Made by a program: the position numbers and the translations under genes. Below the pieces are notes generated by a model. The model made no database searches. It saw only the letters and a program-made list of their open reading frames with translations, and was not told the origin of the DNA. A stretch of 64,000 bases of DNA from Trichoplax adhaerens. Taxonomy: Eukaryota; Animalia; Placozoa. This document shows, piece by piece, positions 25,628-38,669 of the stretch; the stretch's first letter is position 1, and each line of letters begins with the position of its first letter. Location of the stretch: contig NW_002060946.1 of the NCBI RefSeq assembly GCF_000150275.1, positions 7,297,855-7,361,854 on the forward strand, in the 5' to 3' direction.

Positions 25628-26765
25628 CCTCGTTGCCAGTTGTGCTGATGTAGGTTATTTGATATCGGCTAACTCTGTAGGCGGATCTACGGCAGCCATG
25701 ATACGTTAATAGTAGTGAAAAGCGTGGAGATAGATAGAATGATCGTAGTTGAGTGTGTGTTTTAAAGGGGTTTTATTTAAGCAATAGTACGCATGTTACA
25801 AGCTTGACCAACATGTAAGAGTTAGTATCAGGACGTAACATGAAATAAAGCGAGGTAAAGTAAATTGAATAATATTCTTAGCATGATCGAGTATTTATAC
25901 CAATGCTTAGTCCTGTGATTACAATAATAAGTTATAATGTATACTGTATGTATTAGTATTTTCTATAAGATATAACATATTACTTGTCCAACATCATACA
26001 AACTGCAGTATAAGTTACATATTACGTATCTAAGATACTACATCCGCTACTGATTATTTGTGTGGAAGCTTTCTGGGTCGTTAGTGTAAAAGACTAGCAA
26101 AGATAAGTTTTGTTTATAAATTAACTTACAACTACTCCTCGTTTGCTTAGTTTAAGCATCCTTATACAGGCATAATAATAACTATGCACTCGTTACTAAA
26201 TTGAGCATTTATGATATTTTGAAGGGAGTTGATTAATATTTGTACTCGAAATTCCATCAAAGTTAAAATTGGAGTTTACAATTACTTTAGATTTCATGCT
26301 GTAGTTCGCTAGCATTTCATTATTCTTAAAATTGTATTTGTGTTAACAGCAGCCTTGCTTTTAGTTGATAAAAGTATTTTCTTTTCACAATAGAAAGAGT
26401 TTGATCGCTGAGTTGAATATTTTTTTACGTTTTAGTGAACTCAGGTAATTCTTTATTCAGAACATAGTAACGAATTAAAAATTTTATCATAAAACTGAAA
26501 GAGAAGTAAATATCGTATTCTCAAATTATTGATCTAGTTAGCTATAAAATGGAGACAAAATTGAGTTACAGGCTATTTCTTGTTAGCGAGGAAAGTAATT
26601 TAAAGCTTTTCCCTAAATACGTCCATAAGTAAATGCATAGAGAGTAAGTAACGTATGAAACGAATTTACTCAAAATGATGGCTTCAGATTAGAAGGTACT
26701 GTAAAAAGATACGTAATTAAAGATACTTTAAGCCCTGAGCTATGACTCTTTGATGCTGTATTAAA

Positions 26766-29370
26766 TTAATATCTTGGTGGCTGGTCAAATGGTACCTTCT
26801 CACTTGTCATAGTTGTTGATTGAGGATTCATAATTGCGGTAGATGGCATAGTAGTTCCTCCTGGATAAATGACAGGACTACCAACTTGCGTTTGCTGAAT
26901 AGGATTAGCTGGTATTTGTTGTGAGGCTACGTAAGGCATCCCTAAATTAACAGTTAATTTAGTATTTAGAAGTACTATGCAAATAATTATGGGCTTTGAA
27001 TATCAGCCTTAATTGAATTTAATTCTAGTTTCAACTAAACGGCAGGATTATGGAGAACCTTTAAAGGCTAGCTGGCTGCCAATAACTAATAACATTGTGC
27101 TAGGCAACGATAGAGAATCTAAGCTTAAGAATTAAAAATTACCATACGAGTAAACTAGAACAGTTCGCTTCTAAGATTTAAGTATTAAGTTAATATAGAA
27201 ATCGTAAAGTATTTGGTTTTATTTCTACTACTATACAATCGTATGAACTTATATTTATACATATTGAAAGGTAATCATAAAATTCAATTTAATGATCTAA
27301 TACCTGCAGGTTGGACTGGATCTGAAGTGAAATTGGTATAAACTCTGCCTGGAACGGTAGCACCCTGTATAGGGGAATCAACGCGATTTAGAATTAGAAT
27401 CTATGTTGCAATAATCTTAGTATGCGAGTAAAGCGAGTAATTAAAGGCGAGTAGGAAATATTAAGTAACTGCTGGTTTAAAGCTTTTAGCAAGTAATTTA
27501 CGGGCAAATAAGCTAAAAGTAATCGATAATCTGAATTATCCTAATTGATTGTCGTACTTTTAATAATAACTTACCGGATTGACGCAATAAATGTACTTTG
27601 AGAGGATAACAATGAAAGCCAATGTAAGGGAGAAACCAGAGATAGACAAGCAAGTGGAAATGATTCCTGATGGAATAAATACGTAGTAGCTATATACTAA
27701 GCTTGCAACGGATATACCAAAGTGAGGTAGGGAGAAGATAAAGGCAATGATGGAGAATGCGTAGAAAGAGTGTAACTGTTGATAAAGAAATATATAAGGT
27801 ACAGCATACTAAATAAATATTAAGACAAAATTTTTCCGGAAAAGGAATAACAGCGAAATAAAAGGGAAATACATCTAAATATATATCATAGTCTATCAAG
27901 AAATATAGTTTTAGAGAACATTTCACTTACCAAGCTAACATTGGTTGGAACTTGGTGATGTGCAATAGCTAAAGAACCAGCGATTGTGTACTAGATGTAA
28001 TCAATTCATTTCGGCGTTATAACATTGAATTATAAGATTTCATATAATGTAGAATGATTATTTTCGATTATTGCATTTTTTAGCAAATCTCTACAGGTTA
28101 ATAATTTCAGTTAGTACTCGCAAGAAGATTCAGGAACAATGTGATTTTATGAAGAGTGAAAGATTGGATGTAGATAGTAATGCAGGAAGGTAGCAGACTT
28201 TGAAAATTCGCTTCGAAATACAGCAATATCGATTTTAATCAGTATCTTTAGGCATATTAGGTGTGCTACTGTGTATTTGCTAGCGCTCATAATTAAATCA
28301 AGTGTGACATTAAGTTTATAGCACTTAAGGTAGATGTGAAAGATTCTGTTATAAAAGATTCCTTTACCTTCAATAATTAATATACGAATCGGGGTATCGT
28401 ATCTAGGCGTGAGTTTAAAATATCGCCAGTGATCGGTTTAGTTAATCTCAGAATTCTATTAATCGAATGTAGAGCAGTATTGTACAGTATATTTATCGTG
28501 CTATGAGTAAAGTTGTATAATATACCCTTCGTATGACAAGGTAAAGTGCTAGTTATAATCAAGAGACAATAGAATAGTAACGCATTGCCGATAGTTTTTC
28601 TATCAAACTGATGAGATTGGGCTCTCAGCTATGTTTACGAGAAACGAATGTTGTAACACCTGCGGAAACGGAGTCTGTCCTAGTTATATAGCTTTTATTT
28701 GCTATGCCATTACACGATACTAACTCCAATTCTGTAAGATCATTAATATACAAAATAGGTCTGAGTAGGATCGTATTGCTAATAGCTTTATTCTAATAAA
28801 CTGATGCCATTGGGCTATTAGCAACGTTTACGGACAACAATGAAATAACATCTACGAAAAGGGAGTCTATTCTAGCCAAATGGCTAGTATTTCACGTCTC
28901 ACTATGCGTAATTATTCTCTCTAACTCTGTAAGGTTACAGATATCTAAAATAGGTCTAAGTAGTATCGTATGTGAATTAATTGTGAAAATTATTTTCTGA
29001 AATTACTGGCTGTGACGATTACAAACGAAAAATAGTCATTTAGGGTAATTCAAATATTGATCGCTGGTCTACAACTTATGGATAAACTTACAATCAGTCC
29101 AACCCAAATATTCGCTCCAATTAAGGTAACAAAGCTACGACTGAATATAAAGCTGATACCTCCAAAGATGATAGAAATGATACCTAAAATCAGTAAAGCA
29201 ATTGCTAAGCCAAATGCTGACCGGCGAACATGCGGTGGTATAGTCATTGCTTGCGTAACATAGTGTTGATCAATTTGGGAATAGACAGAGGTAACAGGCT
29301 GTTGAATAGGTTGCTGATATTGTGGTGGAATTTGCTGTTGTAATTGAACTGGATAATTGACATTGGACAT
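26766..29370 (-). CDS. CD20/MS4A-like four-TM protein, copy B (~258 aa)
   Basis: Exons 29370-29092, 27990-27931, 27775-27575, 27364-27304, 26941-26766 (777 nt). GANIWVGLI|YTIAGSLAIA..|LHSFYAFSII..FSLPH..IVILSKYIYC; ends DQPPRY*. Confidence 0.88.
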
Positions 29371-31702
29371 GGCTTATTTCTTTTGGATAACCGTATCTAA
29401 TTTAAATCCTAATATACAATTGATTAAAATAGCGTTAAAACTATATCGGCAGTGCATTCTCTAGTTGATAAGGACAATCATTGCTTTCCAATACAAATTA
29501 AATTCTTACTAGCTAGCGATGATCACTAGTGACTACAATTTGATAGGCAGTACTTGTATATCGCAATATTAACTATATCGATTAATTAATCAGGATCGAT
29601 AATAATCACCTTGTAGTTGATGCAGTCGATATGGCTGGCCAAGTGGTATTGAAAAAATAACTATTGCTGCGGTACTTAACATGGTATGGTCTAAATTGTT
29701 TTTCTCTATTTCATCATATTGTGTAATCATCATCCAAGCTCTATGGTACCGCCATATTGTAACAGTGTCATGCTATTGTTGATCGTTGAATAAATAAAGT
29801 TGTTCATTATATTGCTCTGTTGTTTCAGATCGACTAGTTAGCTATTCCTGCTGAATAAATTAATATGAAAGTCAATTTAATGAACATTTTGGTTTATTAC
29901 TATTGAGTGTAGAGTTCAGTTTCTACGTTGGATAATAATATTTGAATATTCTTGCTAGTGGAGTTTTCAACCGGTGAATATTTAATAAAGGAGATGAGTT
30001 TGACGCCTTGATCATGTGAAATAATTAAGATCGATAGGAGAAAGCGTTAGGACGTGGCAGTTGTATTGAATGTGGTAGATTTAACTCATTGGGTTGGAAG
30101 GAGATGATGAGCAATTTTACAGGATAGGCTTAAGATAGATGTGGATGGTTTGATAGTTACGATGGATTGAATATTGTGAAGTTTTCTAATCATAAATGGT
30201 TCAATTTTAGTTCTATTTCATTTTCTTAGATGAAATTTTTTTGCATATGATATGACAGATAGATTGCAAACAATTCACATTTAGAAGGCTGCATGAATGC
30301 TTAGAATTTGGATCATGAATGATTTTAATCAAAGAAGATGAAGCTTTTGATAGAAAGTGATAGAAATGTGCTAGATAGATTACTGAGATAGCGATTACTA
30401 AAGAGCAAAGGTTCCTCCTTAATTGTCACTGGCTTAGAGATAGTGGAATTTTTAGGTTATAAAAAACGAGTTTTATTGGATTACTTTAAAGGAGAAAAAA
30501 TTTTTTTGTATGCATTGATTTGATCGAAATCGCTAAGCTATGCGTAATTAAGATGTTGGAATATCGCTTAAACAAGGAAGTATCCGGAATATAAATAATT
30601 CTGATTTAGAATCATGTAAATAAAATAAACGAGTAAGGCTAGGAGATAAACATTATCCTGTGATTTAAATACAATGTACGGGAATGATTAGAGTTTCTAA
30701 TTCATAAATGGTTTAATTTAGCATCTGTACTTTACAGAAGATGCTAAAGTAATTTATAAGACATAGATGAGATTGGTAAAATGCGGAAATCTGTTAAAAT
30801 ATTGCAGAATCTAGATCATGATTGATTTGATTGAAGATAATATCTTCACGCGACGAAATTGAAATGTGTAGGATAGGGGAGGAACTTAGCAGCTTACTTG
30901 AATGTGATAAGTTTCCATAGTTTAAGTTAGTCTAGTTAATTAAGATGATGAATTTTTTATATACGAACTAATTAAAAATGGCAGAATCCATACCGTAAGA
31001 AGTTGGAAAATAGGTTAAATAGATCGTATCTTAGTTTTGAATGATTTTAATTTTGATACATTTGTTCGTGTGACATGATTGAATTACATGACGAAGAAAT
31101 TAGAATCGAAGTTTACTACGATAACTGCTTTCATTACTATAATTTGCAAAGTCGTATAATTACTTGGGCAATTTATTTATAATAAGAGGGAAGGATTAAA
31201 TAAGAAAATAATTTTATCATTTCTTATAGATCTGTTCATTCATCTTAAATTGTCTTATTTAAGAAATTAAGGAAAGAATTAATATTTATATATGTAGTGT
31301 TAGCTAAGCCAACTCAGATATCAGTATTATATTAAGCAGAAACTGATGCTTAATTTAATGCACAAAGTTATAATTGAAGTAGCGTTGATACATTCGCAAA
31401 TTATGAACCAATTACCAGTCTTGATATATAAAGCTTCTACAGGATAATTTAAAGCAGATTGAATCATTATACCGATAAAATATTGCTATATATACAAGTA
31501 TATCGGGAGTATGCTAAGAATACAAGTGACAAGTAAAAACGATTCATTATATTAATCAAAGTTTCGACTGGTTATTATAAATAAATTCTATAACAAATTG
31601 GAGATTAGCTCATATACTTAAAAATATCTTTCTACTATTTCTTTCCGTATACAAACAGTAAAAGTTCTTCACGAAGGCATTTGCTGCACTGTATGTACGT
31701 AT

Positions 31703-34375
31703 TTACGAACTAGTAGTACTATACACAGGAGGCTCGGTAAATAGATGCTTTTCCATTGGGTTTGTAGTGTTGGAAATCTGGGCATTCATGATTACTGTAG
31801 ATGGCATAGAGCTTCCTGGATTGTAGGCCATTTGAGTATCGAATGCTGGTTGTGGATTAGCACTTATTGGTGACTGCTGCATAGCAACATTAGTCTGATA
31901 CATTACCACTGTATTAGAAAATTTTATAAAAATTTGATTAATAGAACATTTTTAACTAAAATAAAATAATACTTTATCTTTATTATAGTAAGATAAAATT
32001 ACATGCAGTATGAAATAGCTATAAAGTAACGTTTTACGATTAATTGAAAAGAATCACTTCATATTTGGATATTGATAAAATATTAGAATAAGTGATTAAT
32101 GATAATGTATAGTTCTTCTAGCTTAGAACAGTATGCCAATGTTTTAACTAGAGCAAGATCTATACCTTAAATTACCAAGAAAAGTAAAATTTAAATTACT
32201 AATAATGATACGTTTATTAGTAATTGTCTTACTGTTCGGCTGGTTAACGTTTACGGAGGCGACTTGACTTTGATTAAAATATCCCTAAAGCAGGTATAAA
32301 TGTGCCTTAATATTACGACTATAACACAATTAATAGCACTTGAAATTAATTAATAGCTTAACGTAGGAGATACAAGGAGGTTTTAATTTCTTTTAAGTAA
32401 CATTAATGTAGTATATCATGGCATTTTACTAGATACTGATTTCAAAAGTGTTTGATATTTTATCACTGCATGTATCGTTGACTTATATTTCTGAACAGGC
32501 GGATTACTTCAGTTTTACAGGCTAGATAACTAGAATATGAGACATTTGATTTTTGCTGCTATTGCTATAGATTACTACTTATATTCGGTGCTGTCGCTAT
32601 AATGTCGTTATAGCGTAAGCAATTCGTTATGATTAATATACTAACATGTTGTCCGCAGTAAAGGTGTAGAGAAAGGATAGTAACATATGCCGTTGAAAGA
32701 GAAAATCCAAGTAAAGCAAAGATGATTGATATCGAACCACTTATTACTGCATAAATTGATACAGCAAGAATTCCAATGATCAGGTGTGGTATTGAGAAGA
32801 TTAATGCAATTATACCAAATGAATAGAATGCATGTATCTATTGACAGTTGAGAAAATAAAGTATAAATATTAGATGAGAGACTAAGAAATAACTGATAAA
32901 AATTCAATCTTTGTTAGCTCACCAATGAAGGATTTATTTGATTATGATATTGGGCAGTGCCAAGCGATCCGGCTATTACGTACTGAAGTGTTCAATTTAC
33001 AACGGAAAGGGAAGAATTAATAAAAAAATACTATATCATGATCAATTGCTGCGGTTTTACCATTATATATTTACACACTATCGGAATCGAAAAATTTTAC
33101 TCTTGCTAATAAGCCTGATCAATCTAGTTGAGATATCACTCGCCTACCGCTTGTCAAAGATAATATTTATAGAAGAGTAATATGCAGTAAAAGTTTTACG
33201 TTATGTCTCGCCTAAATCTGTAATATTACATAGAATTAGCTCCATAACACCAGTATCATTAATGAGTGGAGAGTAAGCGAAAGAGCTCAGCTTTTATTGT
33301 CAGCTATTGATATCTATGGATATGTTTTTAACCCTTGATTTTAAGACATATCAGGAAACATCGGTTTCAGAACAAGATTGAACATTCTGATGAATATGTA
33401 TTACCCCCAAAATTCTCTATTTATAGACGAAATTACATATTTACAGAGTGAGTGTTTGATTTCAAATAACCATGCAATGATTGTGATCAAATATAGTTAG
33501 ACCTTTCCTACATAACGGCTGATATATTCAATGATACGTCATTATCAAGTTTGACTATAAGACTATGAGTTTTAAAAATTGATTTCATAATTAATAATAA
33601 TTCCATGCGTAGCATTATTTTGGCCTTAACTGAATAATTTCTGGTTTAGTTGACCGCTTTTCTTTTACAATTATGATTTCGTAATTTCTTTTTAGAGTGT
33701 ATTTATTCAATAAAAGAAATGTGTTACGGTAACTTTTCTTGATGATACAATAGGTAACGTACTGAATATGCGAGTGCTTCTTACAGCGGTTCTAAACTCT
33801 GTTAAAATAGTCGGAATTTATTAATGGTAGGAGTTTTTCGAAGTTGATAAAGATACTATAAGTAATTTATTGATCCTGATATCCTGACTCTAGCCTTTAA
33901 GACTAGCTTTATGGTTACTTATTACTGTAGAAGTATTTATTGTATATGCATTTTTATAAATATGATAGCGTAAAAACTTTAATGACTCGAATTTGTGATC
34001 GATATTACCGAATGGTATAAAAGTTAAGATCTAGTTTCTGAACGCTATTTATATCTTCCATTTCTTAGTAACGTCCAATCTTAAAGAAAATATAACGACA
34101 TTGTAACTTACTATTAATCCTGCCCAGATGTTAACACCAGTAACAATAGCAATACCATACCGTAGAACTTCAAAGCAAATTCCACCAAAGATGATACAGA
34201 TCAAGCCAAGAACAAGTAATATAAGAGACAAGGAGTATACTGATTGGCGTAGTTTTACTGGCACCGATAATAGCGGTATTGGTTGTCGAATATATTGAGG
34301 ATACAGCTGTACGCCTTGTTGTTGAATTTGAATTGGAACTGGTTGAGATTGCTGTTGGAAAGTGATCGTTGCCAT
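31703..34375 (-). CDS. CD20/MS4A-like four-TM protein, copy C (~257 aa)
   Basis: Exons 34375-34112, 32982-32923, 32837-32646, 32284-32233, 31908-31703 (774 nt). GVNIWAGLI|YVIAGSLG..|IHAFYSF..FSIPH..ILSLHLYC; tail EPPVYSTTSS*. Confidence 0.88.
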
Positions 34376-35390
34376 GTTGATAGATATTATTTATTTCGTC
34401 GATACAATAATAGTGAGATTGCTGTATATAGGCCTGTAATTGTAAAATTTTGATACTACTATCTGCAAAAACTGTATGCCAATATAGCAATTATTGCGAT
34501 AAGGACACGGTATTTGATTAATTTACGTACCGTTAAGAAATAATAAGTGAATAAGGAGAGCACTAATGGTAACCCTCCTTCAGACCCGGTTTTTATCTTG
34601 TACTTTCGATGTCCAAGATGCTGTGTTGACTCTGAAAGAAGTCCAAGTAGAAAGAATGGCCAATACTTCATACAGTATATAGTAAATCTTAATGAGATGG
34701 CCGTTTTGTATTAATTAACTTATTAATGAATTATTCATGATGAAAGATGCGATGGTAACAATGCTACCAGTATGATATTTTTGAAACTGTATCGCTAAGA
34801 GAATAAGCCTCTGCCCTATTGCCTGTATGGTCAAAAGAATTGCAAATCATTCGTTTACTCATGCCGCCGTGATGATTAGAAAGGGATGAAATATTAGCGT
34901 CTCATTGAATATACAATTTAAATACCAGCATCATGGCACATTATTAGATAAACGAAACAACTTTAAATACTATCGTGTAATCTTGACAGTTGTGGTAATT
35001 AATGTAATTTTCTGTAATTGTGGATGGCACTAGCAAGAAGGGAAGGGCAGCAGTCTTTTTCTGTACCTCATTTGTACATTTCCTTAAGTTTACATCTATT
35101 TGGTGAGTTTGGTGTGATAATGTCTAAGTATCTCTTCACGTATAAGTAAAAGTAATAGAGACTAGCATAATGCAGTAGATTCTATGAATCTACTAAATGG
35201 ACTTTAAATGGATAGAAAAATTTAAGGCATTACTCTTGCATCAACTATGTAATATATTGTGCTGTCAGTAAGATTTATTTGCAACATTTTAAAATTACAT
35301 GCGGTTACAAACGAACAATAAGTGACACTTCAAAGCATTTAGAATATAATTCATCACATTTTTTGGTAAAATTTACGAATTTTGAAAATT

Positions 35391-38300
35391 TTAGTTAAAA
35401 TGGTTAGAATCGATTGTATTGTTATAATCCGGAGGTGCTTCCGTTAGAGATCTTGTCGCTATATTCATTGATTGAGGATGTGCTGTTGTAGGAGTCAGTA
35501 TTATTCTTCCTGATGGATATGCCATTGGAATTTCAGAGAGAAGTTGAGAATTAGGGTTAATAGATTGTTGTTGCAAAGGAACTGTACGTTGATACGTTAC
35601 AGCTATTTTGTTTAAGAAGACGTAATGGAGTTAAAATAACTATTTCATACTGATATCATTATTATATATCGTCGTTAAACTATAGTAGAATCGGGAAAGA
35701 ATAGCATAAATTTAAGTTTATAAGCTATTAGTCTAGTATATATAATTGCTGTATGCATAGCCCTTAAGGTAAATCTTTTCCAATCATTTGCTAAATAACA
35801 GTAAGATTAGTTAAATTTTGAACACATGTGAATATCATCTAATGCACTTAGAGGTTCAATTTTGGAGTGCGATCAAAGTTTCTTATGGTCACTCAAACGG
35901 CATTTCTAGCCTTGATTAATGATAAGTAGCGATCAACTTACCCTCTGGTTGAGCCATGGTTAAAGTGTTATATGGATTTTGAATAAGTGCTCTCTATTTA
36001 TAACGCAGAGTCATAAAATGTTTTAAAATTTTACCAGTTGAAGCAATGAAATAAATTATGCGTATTAATTTATGAAATAAACTAGGTATTAAATATGCCG
36101 TATGATGCAAACTGTGCTCCCTATTTACAACACAGAGTCATGAAATAATTTTAAAATTTTACCGGTTCGTAGCAATTTATGAAATAAATTGGGTATTAAA
36201 TATGCCGTCTGATGCAAAGTCTTAACTTAACTTAACTATCATATTTTATGCTTATATAGTCATCACGTAGTACATGGTGAATTAATTCATGATATACGGT
36301 ACTTTCCTATCATAAGTTTGTGAAGAATATTCTATTAAATAATTTTACCAGTCATCATATAAAAAAGAAAGGAAAGATGGTAAAAAAAATTACGTCTACA
36401 TGTATAGAGCAAATAAATCTACGACGACTTACATTTTGTGAACAATAGACGTTGTGAGATAGAATAATGAGTAACGCCAGCGATAGCGAAAGTCCAATGA
36501 GAGATAAAGGGAGTGAAATCGAAGCTGATATTATTGCTCCGTAGATGAAACTTGCAATCGATAAAGCCAGATGTGGTAACGAAAATATAAATGTAATAAT
36601 ACTGAAGGCATAAAAGGCATTTATCTGTGAAGAATTGAGAAGAAAAATAACTGATTTTGAGGAATTAAGTAAAGACGGATATCACACAGTTTTATTAAAA
36701 GTTCTTAGTGTGGTCGCACATTGAACTTACCGTGGAAGGATTACTTGGATTTTGATTTTGGGTGATACCAAGGGCACCGCATATTAAGTACTAAAATTTA
36801 GGAATAACCATTTGCATTCAGTTTTAGTATAAGTAATCCAGATTATCCCAACACTTAACTACATAGTGAAATTTGAAATAACAATTTCAAATATTATGAT
36901 CAGTAATCGTTTTCGTGAGTCATTTTTTATTATGGAACACATGGTCATTTCATTTAAAGTAACGTTTACGAATATAAATGAATATCATGCACTCTATGCT
37001 GCACATATGCAATGTTTGACCTAACTGAAGTAGGTGTAGACTATTTGGCTTCAATTCGAAAGTATTTCAAGGTATGATTCACTAACGTTTTAAATTAAAC
37101 AATCGATCAAGTGCTGGCTGCATAGATATCGCGCTATTTACTAAATATTATTAAATTTGGAGTCATGAGTACTCTAAAGGCACCTTAGACTTTTTTGTAA
37201 TGGTACTAGATTTAAACGCATGTACAAATTTTTAAAAAGGTACGGTACTAATTCAAGAATTATTAGGTCGCAGAAAGTCGAATAAGACGTCATGAGCATT
37301 CCATATTTATGCTTGTCGACTGCTGTATCGATAATTGTAATCTGGGCTATGTCAACACTTTCAAAGCAATTTTATTCGTTTTATTTATTACAAATTTAGC
37401 TTTTACAATAGTGTAGGGTACTGTGTATGATCGATATCCAAGTGAGCTGCAACGATGATTTTGTGCTGTATGGCATGCGATTTAAGAGATAGGGCATAGT
37501 AGAATGAACAAAGAAATGATAAGCTCCGTTATTTTGACTGAGCCATACTTCTCGTCTCCAATAATTTCTAGGGGAAGTATTGAGCTTTTATTATTACCAA
37601 TATCGATTTGTGATACTTATGCATCAAATTGAAATAATTTTATCATAAAATTTACTGTTGCTGTTACCCTAGATTTCTTTTCTGTAAGTCATTATATATT
37701 CGTAGATATGTTTGTAAAAAATTAAAATACTTTGAGTTTTGACTTGAAACCGTCTGTAGAATGGAAATTTCGAGAAACCAGTACCGGTATACAGTAATTC
37801 TTTTCTACAGTATTAATTATCATGGTAAAACCATAAGCATCGAGTTACAAAATAGTACCGTAACCAGGATTATATCGACGAACAATTAATACATGGCTAC
37901 AATTAGGGACTCCTACAGATAATAAAGTTCTAAATTGCAAATTACTTGTGTGAACAGATCAGATTTTCCACTTCAAATTGAAAAAAGCATTTGAAAGATT
38001 TAGTGATACAAGCAGGTGAAGAAAGCTTAAGCTAGCAGGGATATATTAACCTTTTGTCATATATTTATTTATCTGAAGACATTAATATTGACAGTGATAG
38101 AGCAAAAATTTTATCTCTAATGTTATAATGAACGTCTACAGTAAAGTATGGTAGTGCACATACCAGTTTATTGCAGAGGGTATATTGATTGATTAACTAG
38201 TAGAACCCCTGCTCGTTATACATCGCGTACTGCATGTACCTTTATAATATTGCAGTTTGTTCAACACTACTTGAAATTTCTATCATTATGCCTAATAGTG

Positions 38301-38669
38301 ACGACAATTTAGGTAGACTATTTGTCTAAGTCCAAAACGCCAGCTCAAATGCTGGCCGCTATTAATTTACTACCATACTTACAAAAAATCCGCTCCAAAT
38401 ATTACTACCGCTGATTGTCGACGGGCCATAAGGCATGGCTCCCAGCAAATGCCGCCAAAGATCAGACAAAGAATACCGAGAGTGAGTAGAGAAATGGACA
38501 TGTAATATAAAGGTCGACGAAAGTTGGATGGCACCGTGGGAATTTGTACAACTTGCTGTTGAAGGTATTGCGGATAGAAGGGTATATGTACAACTGGCTG
38601 TTGAATTTGTGGATGACATTGAGATACAACTTGTCGTGGATGTTGCTGCTGAGAATTCACTGCTGCCAT
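35391..38669 (-). pseudogene. CD20/MS4A-like copy D; single 1-nt deletion in exon 1 (null allele, young pseudogene or sequence error)
   Basis: Exons 38669-38383 (287 nt = 3n-1), 36790-36731, 36624-36433, 35993-35942, 35602-35391. ..LIFGGIC is in one frame and GAMPYGPSTISGSNIWSGFF in another (break ~38443-38446). The other exons are intact; tail EAPPDY. Confidence 0.82.

Noticed and set aside
25490-25700. Possible tenth MS4A-like first exon (..YLL|gtaagc)
   Set aside because: No TM1/TM2 motif; reading through the putative donor gives a continuous gag-like sequence.
36000-36225. ~125-bp imperfect tandem duplication in a copy D intron (similar small duplications at ~4868-4992 and ~28670-28972)
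   Set aside because: Two-copy local duplications in non-coding DNA, with no further structure to suggest function.
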